Part shown: in pieces, positions 1 to 13,322 of the stretch
Numbering within the stretch: the stretch's first letter is position 1
Layout: every line of letters starts with the position of its first letter
Source: the human T2T-CHM13v2.0 reference genome, Homo sapiens
DNA length: 64,000 nucleotides
Strand: one strand, 5' to 3'
Assembly: GCF_009914755.1 (NCBI RefSeq)
Contig: NC_060946.1
Program-made: the position numbers and the translations under genes
The notes under the pieces: model-generated
What the model was told of the DNA's origin: nothing
The model's database searches: none
The model's input: only the letters and a program-made list of their open reading frames with translations

Positions 1-500
1 GAATAAGTGGACAAACTTGTTCTTGGATAGGATGATTTAACACCATAAAAATGCTAGTTCTCCCAAAGTTAATGTATAAATTTAATGCAATTCCAATAAA
101 AATACCAACAAACTTCTTATGGAGGTAAACAAGTTGACACTAAAGTCTATACGGAAAAAACAAACATAAATAATAGCCAGGAAAACATTTTAGAATAAAG
201 CTATGCGGAGGTACTAGTCCTACCAGACAATAAAACATACTATAAAGCCTTTAATGACAAAATATTAGAGGTATTTCCTCTAATTAAGACAGTGTGGTAA
301 TTAAGACAATGTGGCTTTGGTATATGAATAGCTTACAACAAGTGGAATCAGAAAAAAATTCAGAAATAAGCCCATGCACACATGAAAATTTGATTTATGA
401 TTATTATTAAGTTATCTCACATCACTGGGGCAAATATTGACATGTCAATAAATAGTACTGCAACCTATATCACGGATAATGAGCTAATAGTTCCAATATT
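1..500 (+). mobile_element. Old L1 (L1ME/L1M-type) ORF2 3' fragment, first half of an interrupted element
   Basis: Degenerate ORF2 motifs (tataaatttaatgcaattccaataaaaataccaac; tactataaagc...aagacagtgtggta). Confidence 0.7.
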
Positions 501-1519
501 TAAAATAAAGAATAAGATTAAAACCCAATGGAAAGTAGAAATAATGAACAAATTTAGGGAAGAAAATAGACATCCAGCTTCAAGAAGTCCAAAAGACTCC
601 AACTAGAATTAATTTAAAGAAGTCCACTACAAGATATATTATAATAATTTGTCAGAAGTCAAAGACAAAAACAGAATTTTGAAAGCAGCAAGAGAAAAGC
701 AACTTTTCATATAAAAGGGGGCCACGATGAGACTATTAACAAATTTCTTAGCAGAAACCTTACAAGCCAGAAGGGAGATGGATGATATATTCAAAAGAAA
801 ACAATGGGCAGTCAAGAATACTCTCTCTAGCAAAACTGTCTTTCAAAAATGGAAGGGAAATAAAGACTTTCTCATGTGCACAAAAGCTGAAAGAGTTCAT
901 CGCCACTATACCTGCCTTATAAGAAATGCTAAAGGGAGTCCATCATGTTGAAATAAAAGAATGCTAGGCAGCAACATCAAAACATATGAAAGGTAAAATT
1001 CCTTGTAAAGGTAAATATATAAACAAATATAGGATATTTTAATACTATAATGACAATGTGTAAATCTTGGAATTCTGGTATAGTACTTAAAAGACAAAGT
1101 TATAAAAATAACTCACTATAAAAATCAGTTAATGAATACACAACATTAAAAAATATAATTTGTGACATGAATAACATAAAGTGGGGGAGAGGCAGTAAAA
1201 AAGTAGAGTTTTTGTGTGCAATTGAAATTAAGTTGTTATAAGCTTAGAATAGACTGTTATAAGTATAGGCTGTTTTAAGTAAGCTTCATGGTAACCACAA
1301 AGAAAATATCTATAGAAGATACACAAAAGGAAATGAGAAAGGAATCAAATCTCATCATTACCCAAAAAACATCAATGAAACACAAAGAAGGGCAGTAAGA
1401 GTAGAAAAGAGGGACAAAAAAGCTACAAGACTGACTGAAAATAATTACCAAAATGGCAACAGTAAGTCCTTCCCTATCAGTAGTTACTTTAAGTATAAAT
1501 AGAATAAACTCTCCAATCA

Positions 1520-1937
<418 letters not shown>

Positions 1938-4474
1938 TTAAGAATGCACATAGGTTGAAAGTGAGAAGATGGAAAAAGATATTTCATGCCAATGTTAACT
2001 AAAAGAGGTAGCCATACTTAGACAAATTAAACTTTAAGTCAAAGATGGTCACAAGAGACAAAAAAACGGACATTATATAGTGATAAATGCATCAATTCAT
2101 CAGGAAGATATAATTATAAATACATTGCACCCAACATTAAAGCACACAAATATAAGAAGCAAATGTTGACAGAAGTGATGATAAATATAGAACAACATAA
2201 TAGTGAGAAATTGTAATATCTCACTTTCAATAATGGATAAAAAATCCAGACAGAAGATCAATAAGGAAACAGATAACTCAAACAACACTATGGCCCAAGT
2301 GGACCTATCAAACAAATACAGAATATTCTACCCAACAACAGCAAATTATACATTCTCCTCAAACACACATAGAACAGTCTCCAGAATAGTTCACATGCTA
2401 GCCCACAAAACAAATCTTAACAAATTTAAGGAGACTAAAATCATACCAAGTATCTTTTCTGACCACAACGGAATGAGACATTGCTAATAGAAATAATTTC
2501 AGAAAGTTCTCAAATATGTGGAAATTAAAAAACACTCTTGAACAACCAATGGGTCAAAGAAGAAATCAAAAGAAAAATCAGAAAATATTTTGAGAAAAAC
2601 AAAAACTAAAGCACAACATAGCAAAGCTTATGGGAAACAGCAAAAGCAATAAAAGGAAAGTTTACAGCAGTAAATGTCTACAGTAAGAAAGATCTCAAAC
2701 AACCTAATTTTACAACATAAGGAACTAGAAAATGAATAAACTAAGCCCTAAGTTAGCAGAAGGAAGGAAATTAAGATTTGAGGAAAAATAAATGAAATAT
2801 AGAATACAAAATATCAATAAAACTTAGAATTGGTTTTTTAAAGGTCAACAAAATTAACAAATCTTTAGCTAGATTAACCAAGACAAAAAAAGACTCAAAT
2901 AAATAAAATCAGAAATAGAAGAGGTTATATTACAATTGATAGCACAGAAATAAAAAGGCTAGTAAGAGACTACTATGAACAACTACACACTAACAAATTG
3001 GATAACCTAAAGAAATGAATAAATCCCTGAAACATACAACCTACCAAGACTGAATGATGAATAAACAGAAAATCTGAACAGCCCCACAATTAGTAAGGAG
3101 ATCAAATTAATAATCATAATCTCCCAACAAAGAAGAGCTCAGATGCTTTCACTGGATAATTCTACCAAAGATTTAAAGAAGAATTAATGCCAGTCTTTCT
3201 CAAACTCTTCCAAAACATTGAAGTGGGAAACCTGAAGCCAGAATTACCCTGATACCAAAGCCAAAGACTTTACGTTAAAGAAAACTACAAGTCAATATTC
3301 CTGATGAACATAGATGCAAAAATTCTCAACAAAATGATAGCAAACTGAATTCAACAGCACAATCAAAGGATCATACACTCTGAGTGGGATTTATCCCTCA
3401 GATGGGAGAATGGCTCAGCATCTAAAAATCAGTAAATGTGATACACAGCATTAACAGGACAAAGGATAAAAATCATACTGTCATGTCAATAGATGCAGAT
3501 AAAGCATTTGTCAAAATTCAAACACCATTTCATGATTAAAACATTCAACAAACTAAGAATAGAAGGAAATTACCTCAACAAAATTAAGGCCATTAATGAA
3601 AATACCACAGCTAACATCACCTGAATAGTGCAAAACTAAAAGCTTTTCCTCTAATCAGGAAGACAGCAAGGATGCCCACTCTCACCACTTCTATTCAACA
3701 TAGTACCAGAAGTCTTAGCTAGAGCAATGAATCAAGAAGATATAAACATCACCCAAATCAAAAAAGAAGTAAAATTATCTCAATTTGCAGATGACATAAT
3801 CTTATGTGTAGAAAACTCTAAAGATTTCACCAAAAATTTGTTAGCAAATTCAGCAAAGTTGAAACAAATTCAGTTGCAGAATACAAAATCAACATAGAAA
3901 ACCATTTGTTTTTATACACTAACAATGACCTGTCCACATGAAAAAGAATGAAGTTGGACCCTTATCTTATATCATACACAAAGTTAACCCAAAATCAAAC
4001 TTAAACACTGATACGTAAAACCTGAAATTATAAAACTCCTAAAAGAAAACACAAGAACTTTGCAACATTGGTCTTGGCGACGATTTCTTGGATATCGTTA
4101 CCAAAAACAAGGCAACAAAAGCAAAAATAGACAAGTGGGACTACATCAAACCAAAAAGCTTCTGTGCAGCCAAAGAAACAATCAACAGAATAAAAAGGCA
4201 GCCTACAGAATGGAAGAAAATATTTGCAAACCGTACATTTGATAAAAGGTTAATATCCAAAATATATTAGGAACTCACACAACTCAATAGCAAAAAAAAA
4301 AAAATGCAAATAACCCAATTTAAAAATGAGCAAAGGACTTGAAAAGACATTCCTCCAAAGAGACATCTAAAAAGTCAATTATATGAAAAAATATCCAACA
4401 TTACTGATCATCAGGGAAATGCAAATCAAAACCATAATGAGGTATTACCTCATACGTGCTAGAATGGCCATTAT

Positions 4475-4477
<3 letters not shown>

Positions 4478-4511
<34 letters not shown>
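4478..4511. repeat. (CA)n microsatellite
   Basis: Direct reading. Confidence 0.97.
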
Positions 4512-4512
<1 letters not shown>

Positions 4513-5185
4513 AGGAAATACCAAGTGTTAACAAGAATGTGAAGAAACTGAAACCCTTGTGCATTGATGGTAGGAATGTAAAGTGGTGTAGCCACTACAG
4601 AAAACGGTAAGAAGGTTCCTCAGAAAATTAAAACTGGTATTAGCATATGACCCCGCAATCCCACTTCTGGGTATTCATCCAAAAGCATTGAAATCAGGAT
4701 CTCAAAAAGATACTTACACTTCCACGTTCACTGCAACATTATTCACAATAGCCAAGAGTTAGAAACAATCCAAATGCACATCAGTGGACAAATGGATAAA
4801 GAAAATGTGGTATATACATGCAATGGAATACTATTCAGTCTTTAGAAAGAAGGAAATCCTTTCATATGCCACAACATAGATGAACTTGGAGGACATTAAG
4901 CTAAGTGAAATGAGCCAGTCACAGAAGGATAACTACTGCATGAATCCACTTATAGGAGGTATCTAAAATCGTCAAATTCATAGAAGCAAAAAGCAGAATG
5001 GTGGTTGTGGGGGCTAGGGGAAGGGGAAAATGGGAAGTTGCTGTTCAGTGGGCATAGTTTCAGCCACACAAAACAAAAACTTCTAAAGGTCTGCTGTACA
5101 ACAACTTGCAAATAGCTAACAATATTGTATTGTACACTGGAAAATTTATTAATAGGGTAGATCTCATGTGTTTTTTATCACAACT

Positions 5186-5760
5186 CTTCTAATGGGAAAA
5201 TGGGGAAAGGCATGAGCAGAAAATTCATAAAATTAGACCAAAAAATGGCAATTAAACATATGAAAAATGTTTACCCTCACTCATCATTAGAGAAATGAAT
5301 TTCAAGTACACTCAGATACTATTTCTTTCCTGAAAAGTAAGAAATTTGAAAAAAAAAAAAAACACTGTAACAACGCACTGAGCAAGGCCGTGGAGAAGCT
5401 TGCACTCTCATACCTCGCTGATCGAAAAGCAAACTGATGGACATTCCAGTTTTGCACAACCACATCTCACCTGTTAGAGGAGAATCTGGGAATATCTAAG
5501 GGGAACTTCATATGCACTTATCTTTTGACCCAAGAATCTCACTTCTAGGAATCTACCCTGAAGACACACCTCCAACCATATGACAATTCGTATGTGCAGG
5601 TTTACTCATTGCAGCATTGCTTGTCATTACAAGACACTGTAAACAGCCTAAATGCACATCCATAGAAGAACAGTTGGGTAACCTATGGTACACAGTGAAG
5701 TATTAGGAAGCTCTCTTTGAAATGACATCGGGTAATTTCCAGGATATGCTTTTAATCACA
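5186..5760 (+). mobile_element. Old L1 ORF2 end / 3'UTR, continuation of the 1-500 element
   Basis: aaaatggggaaaggcatgagcaga...aaacatatgaaaaatgttt; ttttgacccaagaatctcacttctaggaatctaccctgaaga. Confidence 0.7.
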
Positions 5761-6653
5761 AAAGGCAATGCTCTTTGTACAGAGGAAAGCTGACCATACC
5801 CTCCTTCCCAGAGGCAGGCAGCGCAAATTGGAACTGGGAGGTGTTTTAACTCTAATCAAATTCAAAGTTTTGATTATTACACAAGAGTGGGTATCTAATT
5901 ATCAACTGAGACTTTGTCTTCTGACAAAGTAACTATAGAATTCTTTATGAATAAACAGAAGAAACCTAAAGTCTGGTGGAGTTTTCACCTAGACCAAGAG
6001 GGAAATTTATCTCACTAAATAAATTCTAAAGGGGGAATGAGCTATAACATACAGTTTTGATTGCATCCCACCAGTTATGCCTGTTCAGCATAAAGTTACA
6101 ATCCACTGCTGAGTCATGGTCACCATAAGCAGTCATTGCTCCCAAACATGAGACAGAAGGCTAACCCAGCCCATGGATGAAATGCTCTCCACAAGTGTAC
6201 GTGAGATGGACTTTAAATATTTCCTCCTCTTAATTCAGGCCACCTTGGTGATGTACTCTTGCTATAGGTGTGGTTGGAGAGTTTTCTGGAAGCATCTCTC
6301 TCACTGCTATACTTCCACTGCTATACCCTGAATACATAGATTCCTAAAGGTTGACTTGCCAACAGCCAAGCTGAGCACTGACCTCAGAAAAGCAATTCTT
6401 CCTTCCGGTTATGCATAATCTGGGGAAGTGCCTTCCAAAGACAGAGAAAGAGGGCAGTGATCCCTGAGACTGGCTGCATGCATGTCCAAAGAGCACAGGA
6501 GGAAAGGAAGGTGAGTGAAGGTAGCACTGTGCATGTGGTGATGAGGGAAAGGGTACTTCTGGGCTGGTGGGTGCCTGCTCTACTTTTCTGCACAGCCAAG
6601 CTAAAAGCACTGCCCCTTTGACGCTGCCCTGGCTGGAGAAGCAAAGGACTCAC

Positions 6654-6831
6654 AGGGGCAGGTCCAGCGGCAGCCACAGGTGTCTTCCACTTTAACAGGG
6701 GACTGGCTGTTAGGGCATGAAGGCCTCGGCCCCCGGTCACAGTTGACCCGATGACTCTTCAGCAAGGTCTGGCCATCTGGCTGGCAAGTCACGGTGTGGC
6801 ACTGGTCTGGCAAGGTCCAGACGTCCCCGGG
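6654..6831 (-). pseudogene. VWFP1: VWF exon 34 copy (178 bp), last exon seen
   Basis: [34 protein letters not shown]...CGCRWTCP; CAG|CCC and CCT|GTGAGT. Confidence 0.96.
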
Positions 6832-7123
6832 CTGCAGAAGAAAACAGCAGATTCAGGCAGGGAATAAGATGAGGTACTCCAACTCTAAGCCCATCTGCCA
6901 GACAACTGACCCCTAGAATTGAACACGGGCCTACACAGCAAGGAGGCCTCCTGTACATGAGACAGGAAGCAAAACACAAGATGTACAGATGGACCCTCAA
7001 AAACAAGATAATAGTAAGAGGAAGCGCTGGACTAAGATCAAAGGAGGAAAAATTAAACAGTGGGAACAAGAGCCCCAAACACATCTCTAATCTTTCTTTC
7101 AAAGTCAACAGAAAGGAACTTAC

Positions 7124-7167
7124 CCTCTTCTCATTCCCATCCTCATCCATGCGAATCCTAACAAATC
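7124..7167 (-). pseudogene. VWFP1: VWF exon 33 copy (44 bp); C1879R
   Basis: FVRIRMDEDGNEKR (VWF: FVRICMDED); CAG|GA and AGG|GTAAGT. Confidence 0.94.
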
Positions 7168-7664
7168 CTGCAACAGACACAAATAAGACCTTAGTTCCCA
7201 TCTTTCACCCAGAAATTCTGAACCATTCACAATGTCTGCTTAAGCAACCTGGTCTAGTTTTTGAAGTCAACTCAACTCTGAAAAGAATCTGAACAAGGTT
7301 AACAGTGGAGACCTAGGGACATGTGGCTGAGGTGGTCATCCTGTGGTTCTTCAGACATGCTCTGCGGTTGTTAATAATTATGATGTCAACAACAGCGATA
7401 ATATGGCAATAACTACAGCTTACGCTGTCATTATCTTGGTTCACATGTAGATCACGCCAGGGATGGGGAAGGTGGGGAGATGAAGCAAGATCCTGGAAAC
7501 CTGAAAGAGATCTACTTGAAGATTCCTACCAGGAGAGCTGCCATCTCTCTGTACAGCTAATGTGATTTGCTATAAGTCAAAACTTGTGTAGAGTTATTGC
7601 CCTTTAAGGGCAAACTTGCACTGACTTATTCCCCTGAAAGACAGTAGCTTTATGCAGGTTTTGA

Positions 7665-8046
<382 letters not shown>

Positions 8047-8519
8047 AAAAGCGTATTTTTTAAGTTTCTAACCTAAAATCAACTTAAACTATGGTACTTT
8101 GATATGAGTCTCCATGTTATTGTATTTCTAAAGCCCTTTATACCCATGTTGAGAGTGAGTCTAGGCCCATGGGGAAGAAGACTCTATGGAACTCTGGGGT
8201 TCCTTGCTTATGTCTTCTGATTCCTTTGTCCAAGATCCCTCTACACAAATAAGCTTAGGCTCTCTGCCAAGTTCACATGGCCAATTAGAGTGGAAATAGG
8301 ACCATACACAGAAAGCTTTCTGCTGGCCCCACGGGGGCTTGTGGTATACACCTCCCATGAGCAGAAACTTGAATGTCCTGGTCTATATAATAATCTTCTT
8401 TCAAGGCCAAATCTTATGCATGGGCACCCTGGGGTCTCTTGAATAGTATTTTTGTTTCTTTGGCGGGTTTGTTTTGGAACTTTTTTTGAGGGAAGTAAGA
8501 AAGGTATTATAAGACTCAC

Positions 8520-8684
8520 GAGAGCACAGTTTGTGGAGGAAGGAATTGCCCAAGGTGACCATGGTAGGGAGGTCTTCGATTTGCTGGAGCTTCACCATGT
8601 TGGAGTCGCCTGCTGGGCCGGCCAAGATCCGTAGCTGGGCTGCATCGTAGCGATCTCCAATTCCAATAGGGAACACTGTCACTC
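8520..8684 (-). pseudogene. VWFP1: VWF exon 32 copy (165 bp; A3); last exonic base is C, giving a weaker donor
   Basis: [54 protein letters not shown]; TCTC|GTGAGT. Confidence 0.95.
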
Positions 8685-8819
8685 CTAGAGTCAGCAAAGA
8701 GACAAGAAAGGATCTGTGGGCAAGAAGGTTCAAAATGGACTGGCCTGACGTTATATCCAGCATCTGAATACAGCCTCATGTTTTCCAGGCTGGTCACATA
8801 CACCAGCCCTATGAGGAAG

Positions 8820-9850
8820 ATGTTCAGTCAACAGATATTAATGAGCTCCTACTCTGTGTCAGGTACTATTGTCAGCAATAGGGGTACAGCAGTGAACCAA
8901 GCACATAAAGTCCCTCCCTGTCCCCCGTCCTCATGGAGAGATAGACAACAAACACACAAAGTAAATATATAGAATTTCAGATGTGGATAAATGCTTAGGA
9001 AAAAAACAAAATGAGATAAGGGGGATGAGAATGCCCAGGGCTGAGGTGTGGGTTATCGTTGTATATATGGCAGTTGGAGAAGCATTTGGTGAAAAGATGG
9101 CATCTGAGCAGAGACCTGATGTAAGGAGGGAAGGAGCCAAGAGGATGTCTGAGGGAAGGACATCCCAAGCAGAGAGAAGAGTGAGTGCAAAGGCCCCAGA
9201 GTAGAAGTGTGACTGCATGCTCCCGGGGGCTGGGGAGAGAGGGACAAGCAAGAGAGGGAAAGGGCATGGATCAGGCAATGCTCCATTGGCCACAGTAAGG
9301 GCTCACCATGTTCTGTGAATGAAACAAACCAGCCAAGACTACAGAGCAGAGGGACAGGGGCTGACTTTGATAGTAAAGGGCTACTGCAGCTGCTGTGCTG
9401 AGAATGAGCTGCAGGGGACAAAGGTGGAAGCTGGGATTCCAGTTAGACAGCTATTTCAATAGTCCAGGTGAGAGATGCTGGGGACTCAGATTGAGGTGAC
9501 CCTGGTGGACATGGTGTGGAGAGGTGCAACTCTCAAAGTATTTTGAAGATGGAGCTATAGTTTGTTCGTGGCTTGCATGGAGGTATCAGGAAAAAGGAAG
9601 AAGAATCAAGGATGCTGGGCTTTTTGAACTGAACAACTGGAAGGTTGGAATCGCCATTTTCTAAGATAAGAAAGACGGATGTGAAAATCAGGAGTTTAGT
9701 TTTGCCTGTTAGAGCATGCAAGCTGAGTTGAGGTGAGGCTGGAGATACGAATTTCAAAGTCAGAGATGTATAAATATATTCAGACCCATGACACTGAACT
9801 AGACCACCAACAGGGTATATGTAAGAAGAGAAGAGAAAATATCACAGGGC
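8820..9850 (-). mobile_element. L2 3' fragment
   Basis: ttcagtcaacagatattaatgagctcctactctgtgtcagg is the reverse complement of the L2 3' end, followed by L2 body. Confidence 0.8.
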
Positions 9851-10194
9851 TGAGCCCAGAGAATGTGCATGCTCATTTACACATGAGAAACCGAGGCTTT
9901 AGATGGTTAAATGACGTGCTCTGGATCATATCTGCTTCCTCAAGACCACAACTGCTTCCTTTCCCAGTGAAAATCTTTCTTTGGATTCTTGATACTAAAG
10001 GAGAAAAAATCTCCATCCTGAAATTCCTCAATTCAGCTCTCCAGAAAGTTCTAGGAATTTGCAATGTGCTTCAGGTTGGAATGGATTTTCTACTAGCAGC
10101 TTTTCAGCCCTTGTAAGTTCGTTATATCATCCAAATATATATCCTTTCCTTTTTAGTGTCCTTTACCCTAAAATTATAGATTTCATAAACATGT

Positions 10195-10500
10195 CACATT
10201 CATTCACTCAACAAACATTAAATGGTCACCTATTTTGTGCATCATACACAGATGATACAAAAATAAGCAAGATCTTCCCTTGCCTTCAAAGAACTCCCAG
10301 TTTTTTGCAAGGAATAGATATGTTACAAATACAATACAATACGATTTGCACATTTTTAGTAGCTCATATGTGACATAGAGAACGGAGCAAATAACTTCCT
10401 CAGGAAGAACATCAGGAAGACAGCAGAGAAAAGACAGGGTTCTGACAGCACTCCTAGGCAGGGTTCTGAAAGATGAACAGTTCTCCAGGTGGCCACGAGG
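10195..10500 (-). mobile_element. L2 3' fragment
   Basis: cattcattcactcaacaaacattaaatggtcacctattttgtgc. Confidence 0.6.
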
Positions 10501-11122
10501 GGACTCAATGTCACTCCACTCACCCAGACCTCCTTCAGCTGGGAGGTGGTCCCTCAGACTCTACCACCTGTCCCAGCTCACATCCTGTTGATATTAAGAA
10601 CATGATAAGCACATGTTCTTATGGAGCACAAGGCTGGACATCTGGATCCTTCCCTTTCCTACAGCATGATCCTTTGTCTCTCATCCATCAACCCTGCCAA
10701 GCTCATTACCTGGTACCAGGAAAGGACTCTAAATACATGAAAGTCCCCATTGGTTCTCAAGGCCCCACAATGAATCACTCTGGCCTCAGACATGACATTT
10801 TAGTAAGAGACCACGAATCCTACTTTAGAAAGAAAGGGCATAGAGGTATGATCACTCCTGGACACAAAGGGAAAATGCGGAGAAATTAAAGGGTTATAAT
10901 TAGTTATAAAGATATAGGATCAACACACACTTATTATTGTTTGGTTTCCTAATCACATCGTGATTGGATAATTTCCTGCTGTTTGAAACCAGGACAGAGG
11001 TTGGTACTGAGCATATTTAATATCAGCCACAACATCCAAAAGTAACCCCAGGCCACTTTTAATCCTCTATCATTTCTGAAGTCTCGCTCTCCTGAATTGA
11101 GGACTGTACACCAGATTCTTAC

Positions 11123-11266
11123 TGTTGGACCTGGCGGCATCAGCTGCTGCATCCACTGAATCCACAGAGACATCCGTGACCAGGATGACCACCGCCTTCG
11201 AGGCTCCCAGCCTGGCACCATGCATTTCTGAAGTCAAGTGTCGCACAGCAAAGCCCAAGGCATCCC
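11123..11266 (-). pseudogene. VWFP1: VWF exon 31 copy (144 bp; A3)
   Basis: [47 protein letters not shown]; canonical AG/GT. Confidence 0.96.
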
Positions 11267-11548
11267 CTGAGGATGGAGAACAGATCACACCAAGTCAGTA
11301 CTGACTGCGGCTGGACACCCTGTCTCACGGTGGATCCTTAAGTCACTTAAAAGCTGAATGATTCAGAGACTCCAAGGAACACCCAGTTGAGATCTGGAGA
11401 GACGTGGAAGAGCATCTAGCCCCTCACTTTCCAGGAGAAGAAACTAAGGCCAAGGAGCAAAGTGACTGGCCAAGGTCACACAGTCACTTATGCCAAAAAT
11501 AAGAACCAGAATGCAGCTTCTGCATCCAGCCTGTGGCACCAACGTTAC

Positions 11549-11689
11549 CGATTTGGCTGGGGCCTCCCTCCCGCTGCATGACGTCCACAAGTCTCAGCAA
11601 ATGGGCTTTCTCCGGGGCCACGTTCCATGGCACGTCAATGGTGGTGATGCTTCCATACTGGAGCACTGACCCCTGAGTGAGATGAGGCC
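11549..11689 (-). pseudogene. VWFP1: VWF exon 30 copy (141 bp; A3)
   Basis: [46 protein letters not shown]; canonical AG/GT. Confidence 0.96.
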
Positions 11690-11786
11690 CTAAACGGAAC
11701 AAGAAAATGGGGATTATTCTGAATCAAGTGGAGCCCCAAAAAGAGCCTCTTCGTCACCTGCTGCTTCAGGTGCCTCACTCACTCAC

Positions 11787-11903
11787 CTATATTGGCTTTT
11801 GAAATGAAAGCCTTAGCAAAACTCTTCATTTCATCAAAAGAAGAAGCTGGGAAACTGGAGGAGCCATCCAGGAGAAGGATCACGTCCAGGGGCTGGCTGC
11901 AGT
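11787..11903 (-). pseudogene. VWFP1: VWF exon 29 copy (117 bp; A3)
   Basis: [40 protein letters not shown]; canonical AG/GT. Confidence 0.96.
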
Positions 11904-12639
11904 CTGCAAAGATAACCAGGAAGGTGAGCACACAGGTGCCAGCAGGGGCACTGGCCGCCAGGCCTACAACCTGACATCCCATAGGATCTGCAGGGCGTGC
12001 TGACCACGTGGCACCACCAAGGGGGGCGGGGGGTGCCTTTGTGAGTGCAAGGGCAACGTGGGCCAGGGAGGAGGGGATAGGGGAGATGGAGTTCCTGGGG
12101 CTGGACTACCTCAGGTTTGGAGACACTGAGAAGCCTCCAGTTCTACCCAAAGGAAGCTTAAATGTCTACAAATAAAAGCAGTAGGCATGGGCTTCCTCGG
12201 TAAGAAGGGGCCGCCACTCTTCTAGAAATGAGTAAAATACTGGCCTGGCAATACAAGACTGCAAAAGGAAATGGAGCGGCAGCCCCTCCCTGGACAATGA
12301 GCTGCTGTGTCCTCAGATCTTGCAAGGCAGGTGAACGTACTGTGATTCTTCCAGCTATAAATGCCTAGTGCTCCTGTTAGTGTCTGAGCACATCTGAGAT
12401 TTGATGAAATGATGTAATTGTTGTTTTCCTCAGCAGAAATATTACAAGAATTTAAATAAATCTATGGCCATGAATAAAAACAAAAACAAAGAAACAAAAG
12501 TACTGACAAGTGTGAGACTCAAAAGATACTAAAAGAAGGCTTATTATTCTGAGATGGTCCCAAACACACCGAATAAAGATGTTCAGGAACTAGGAATGGA
12601 TTAGACACCAGTGTCAGTAAAAGGTAGTAATAACAGCAG

Positions 12640-12835
12640 TGGGAGCAAGCATTTTTTTTGAGCACTGTCATGTGCCAGATACTATTTTAAGCAAGTAGGT
12701 GCTATTATTATCCCCATTTTATAGATGAGGAGACTGATATACAAAGAGGTTAAGTATTTGCCCAAAATTACCCAGCTAGCAAGTGGCAGAGATAAGATTC
12801 AAACTAAGGCAGACACTGACTCCAGTGTCTGAAGA
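12640..12835 (-). mobile_element. MIR
   Basis: ccccattttatagatgaggagactga...aggttaagtatttgcccaa core. Confidence 0.85.
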
Positions 12836-13322
12836 CTGCACCTGCTACCTGGCACCTGACATCCTGGTCTCGCCCTGAAGAATGTCAGCTACTCAGAATA
12901 ATTTCACCCACCCAGTGTGGTCAAAATGAAGCTTATCATCATCACCTTTAACAGAGGTTACCTTGAAGGTGGAGGGTGGAATTGGGTGGGGAAGAGGCCG
13001 TGTGATAAAGTAAGACTTGCATTTTTTTTTTTTTACTCCTTAGTGGCATTGTTTAAATGTTAACAATAGACTTCCATTACCTTTGAATTTACAGAAGCAC
13101 ACACAATAAGAAAAGATCTTCCCCCGCAAAAGGATCACAGTTTGTCTCCCTGCCAGGGAGGTGAGGAAACACAGGCCCTTTGAAGGCAAGTTTCAACCAA
13201 GGGCACACAGACCAGGGAAGCCAGGATTAGAACCCGAGTCATATCTTGGCAGATGCATGTAGCACCAAGGCCATGCCAGCCCTCGCCCAGCCCTCCCACC
13301 TGCACACAAGGTGCCAGCATAC

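Noticed and set aside
12060-12083. Canonical G-quadruplex motif in intron 28
   Set aside because: Motif is present, but such motifs are common and nothing here supports a function
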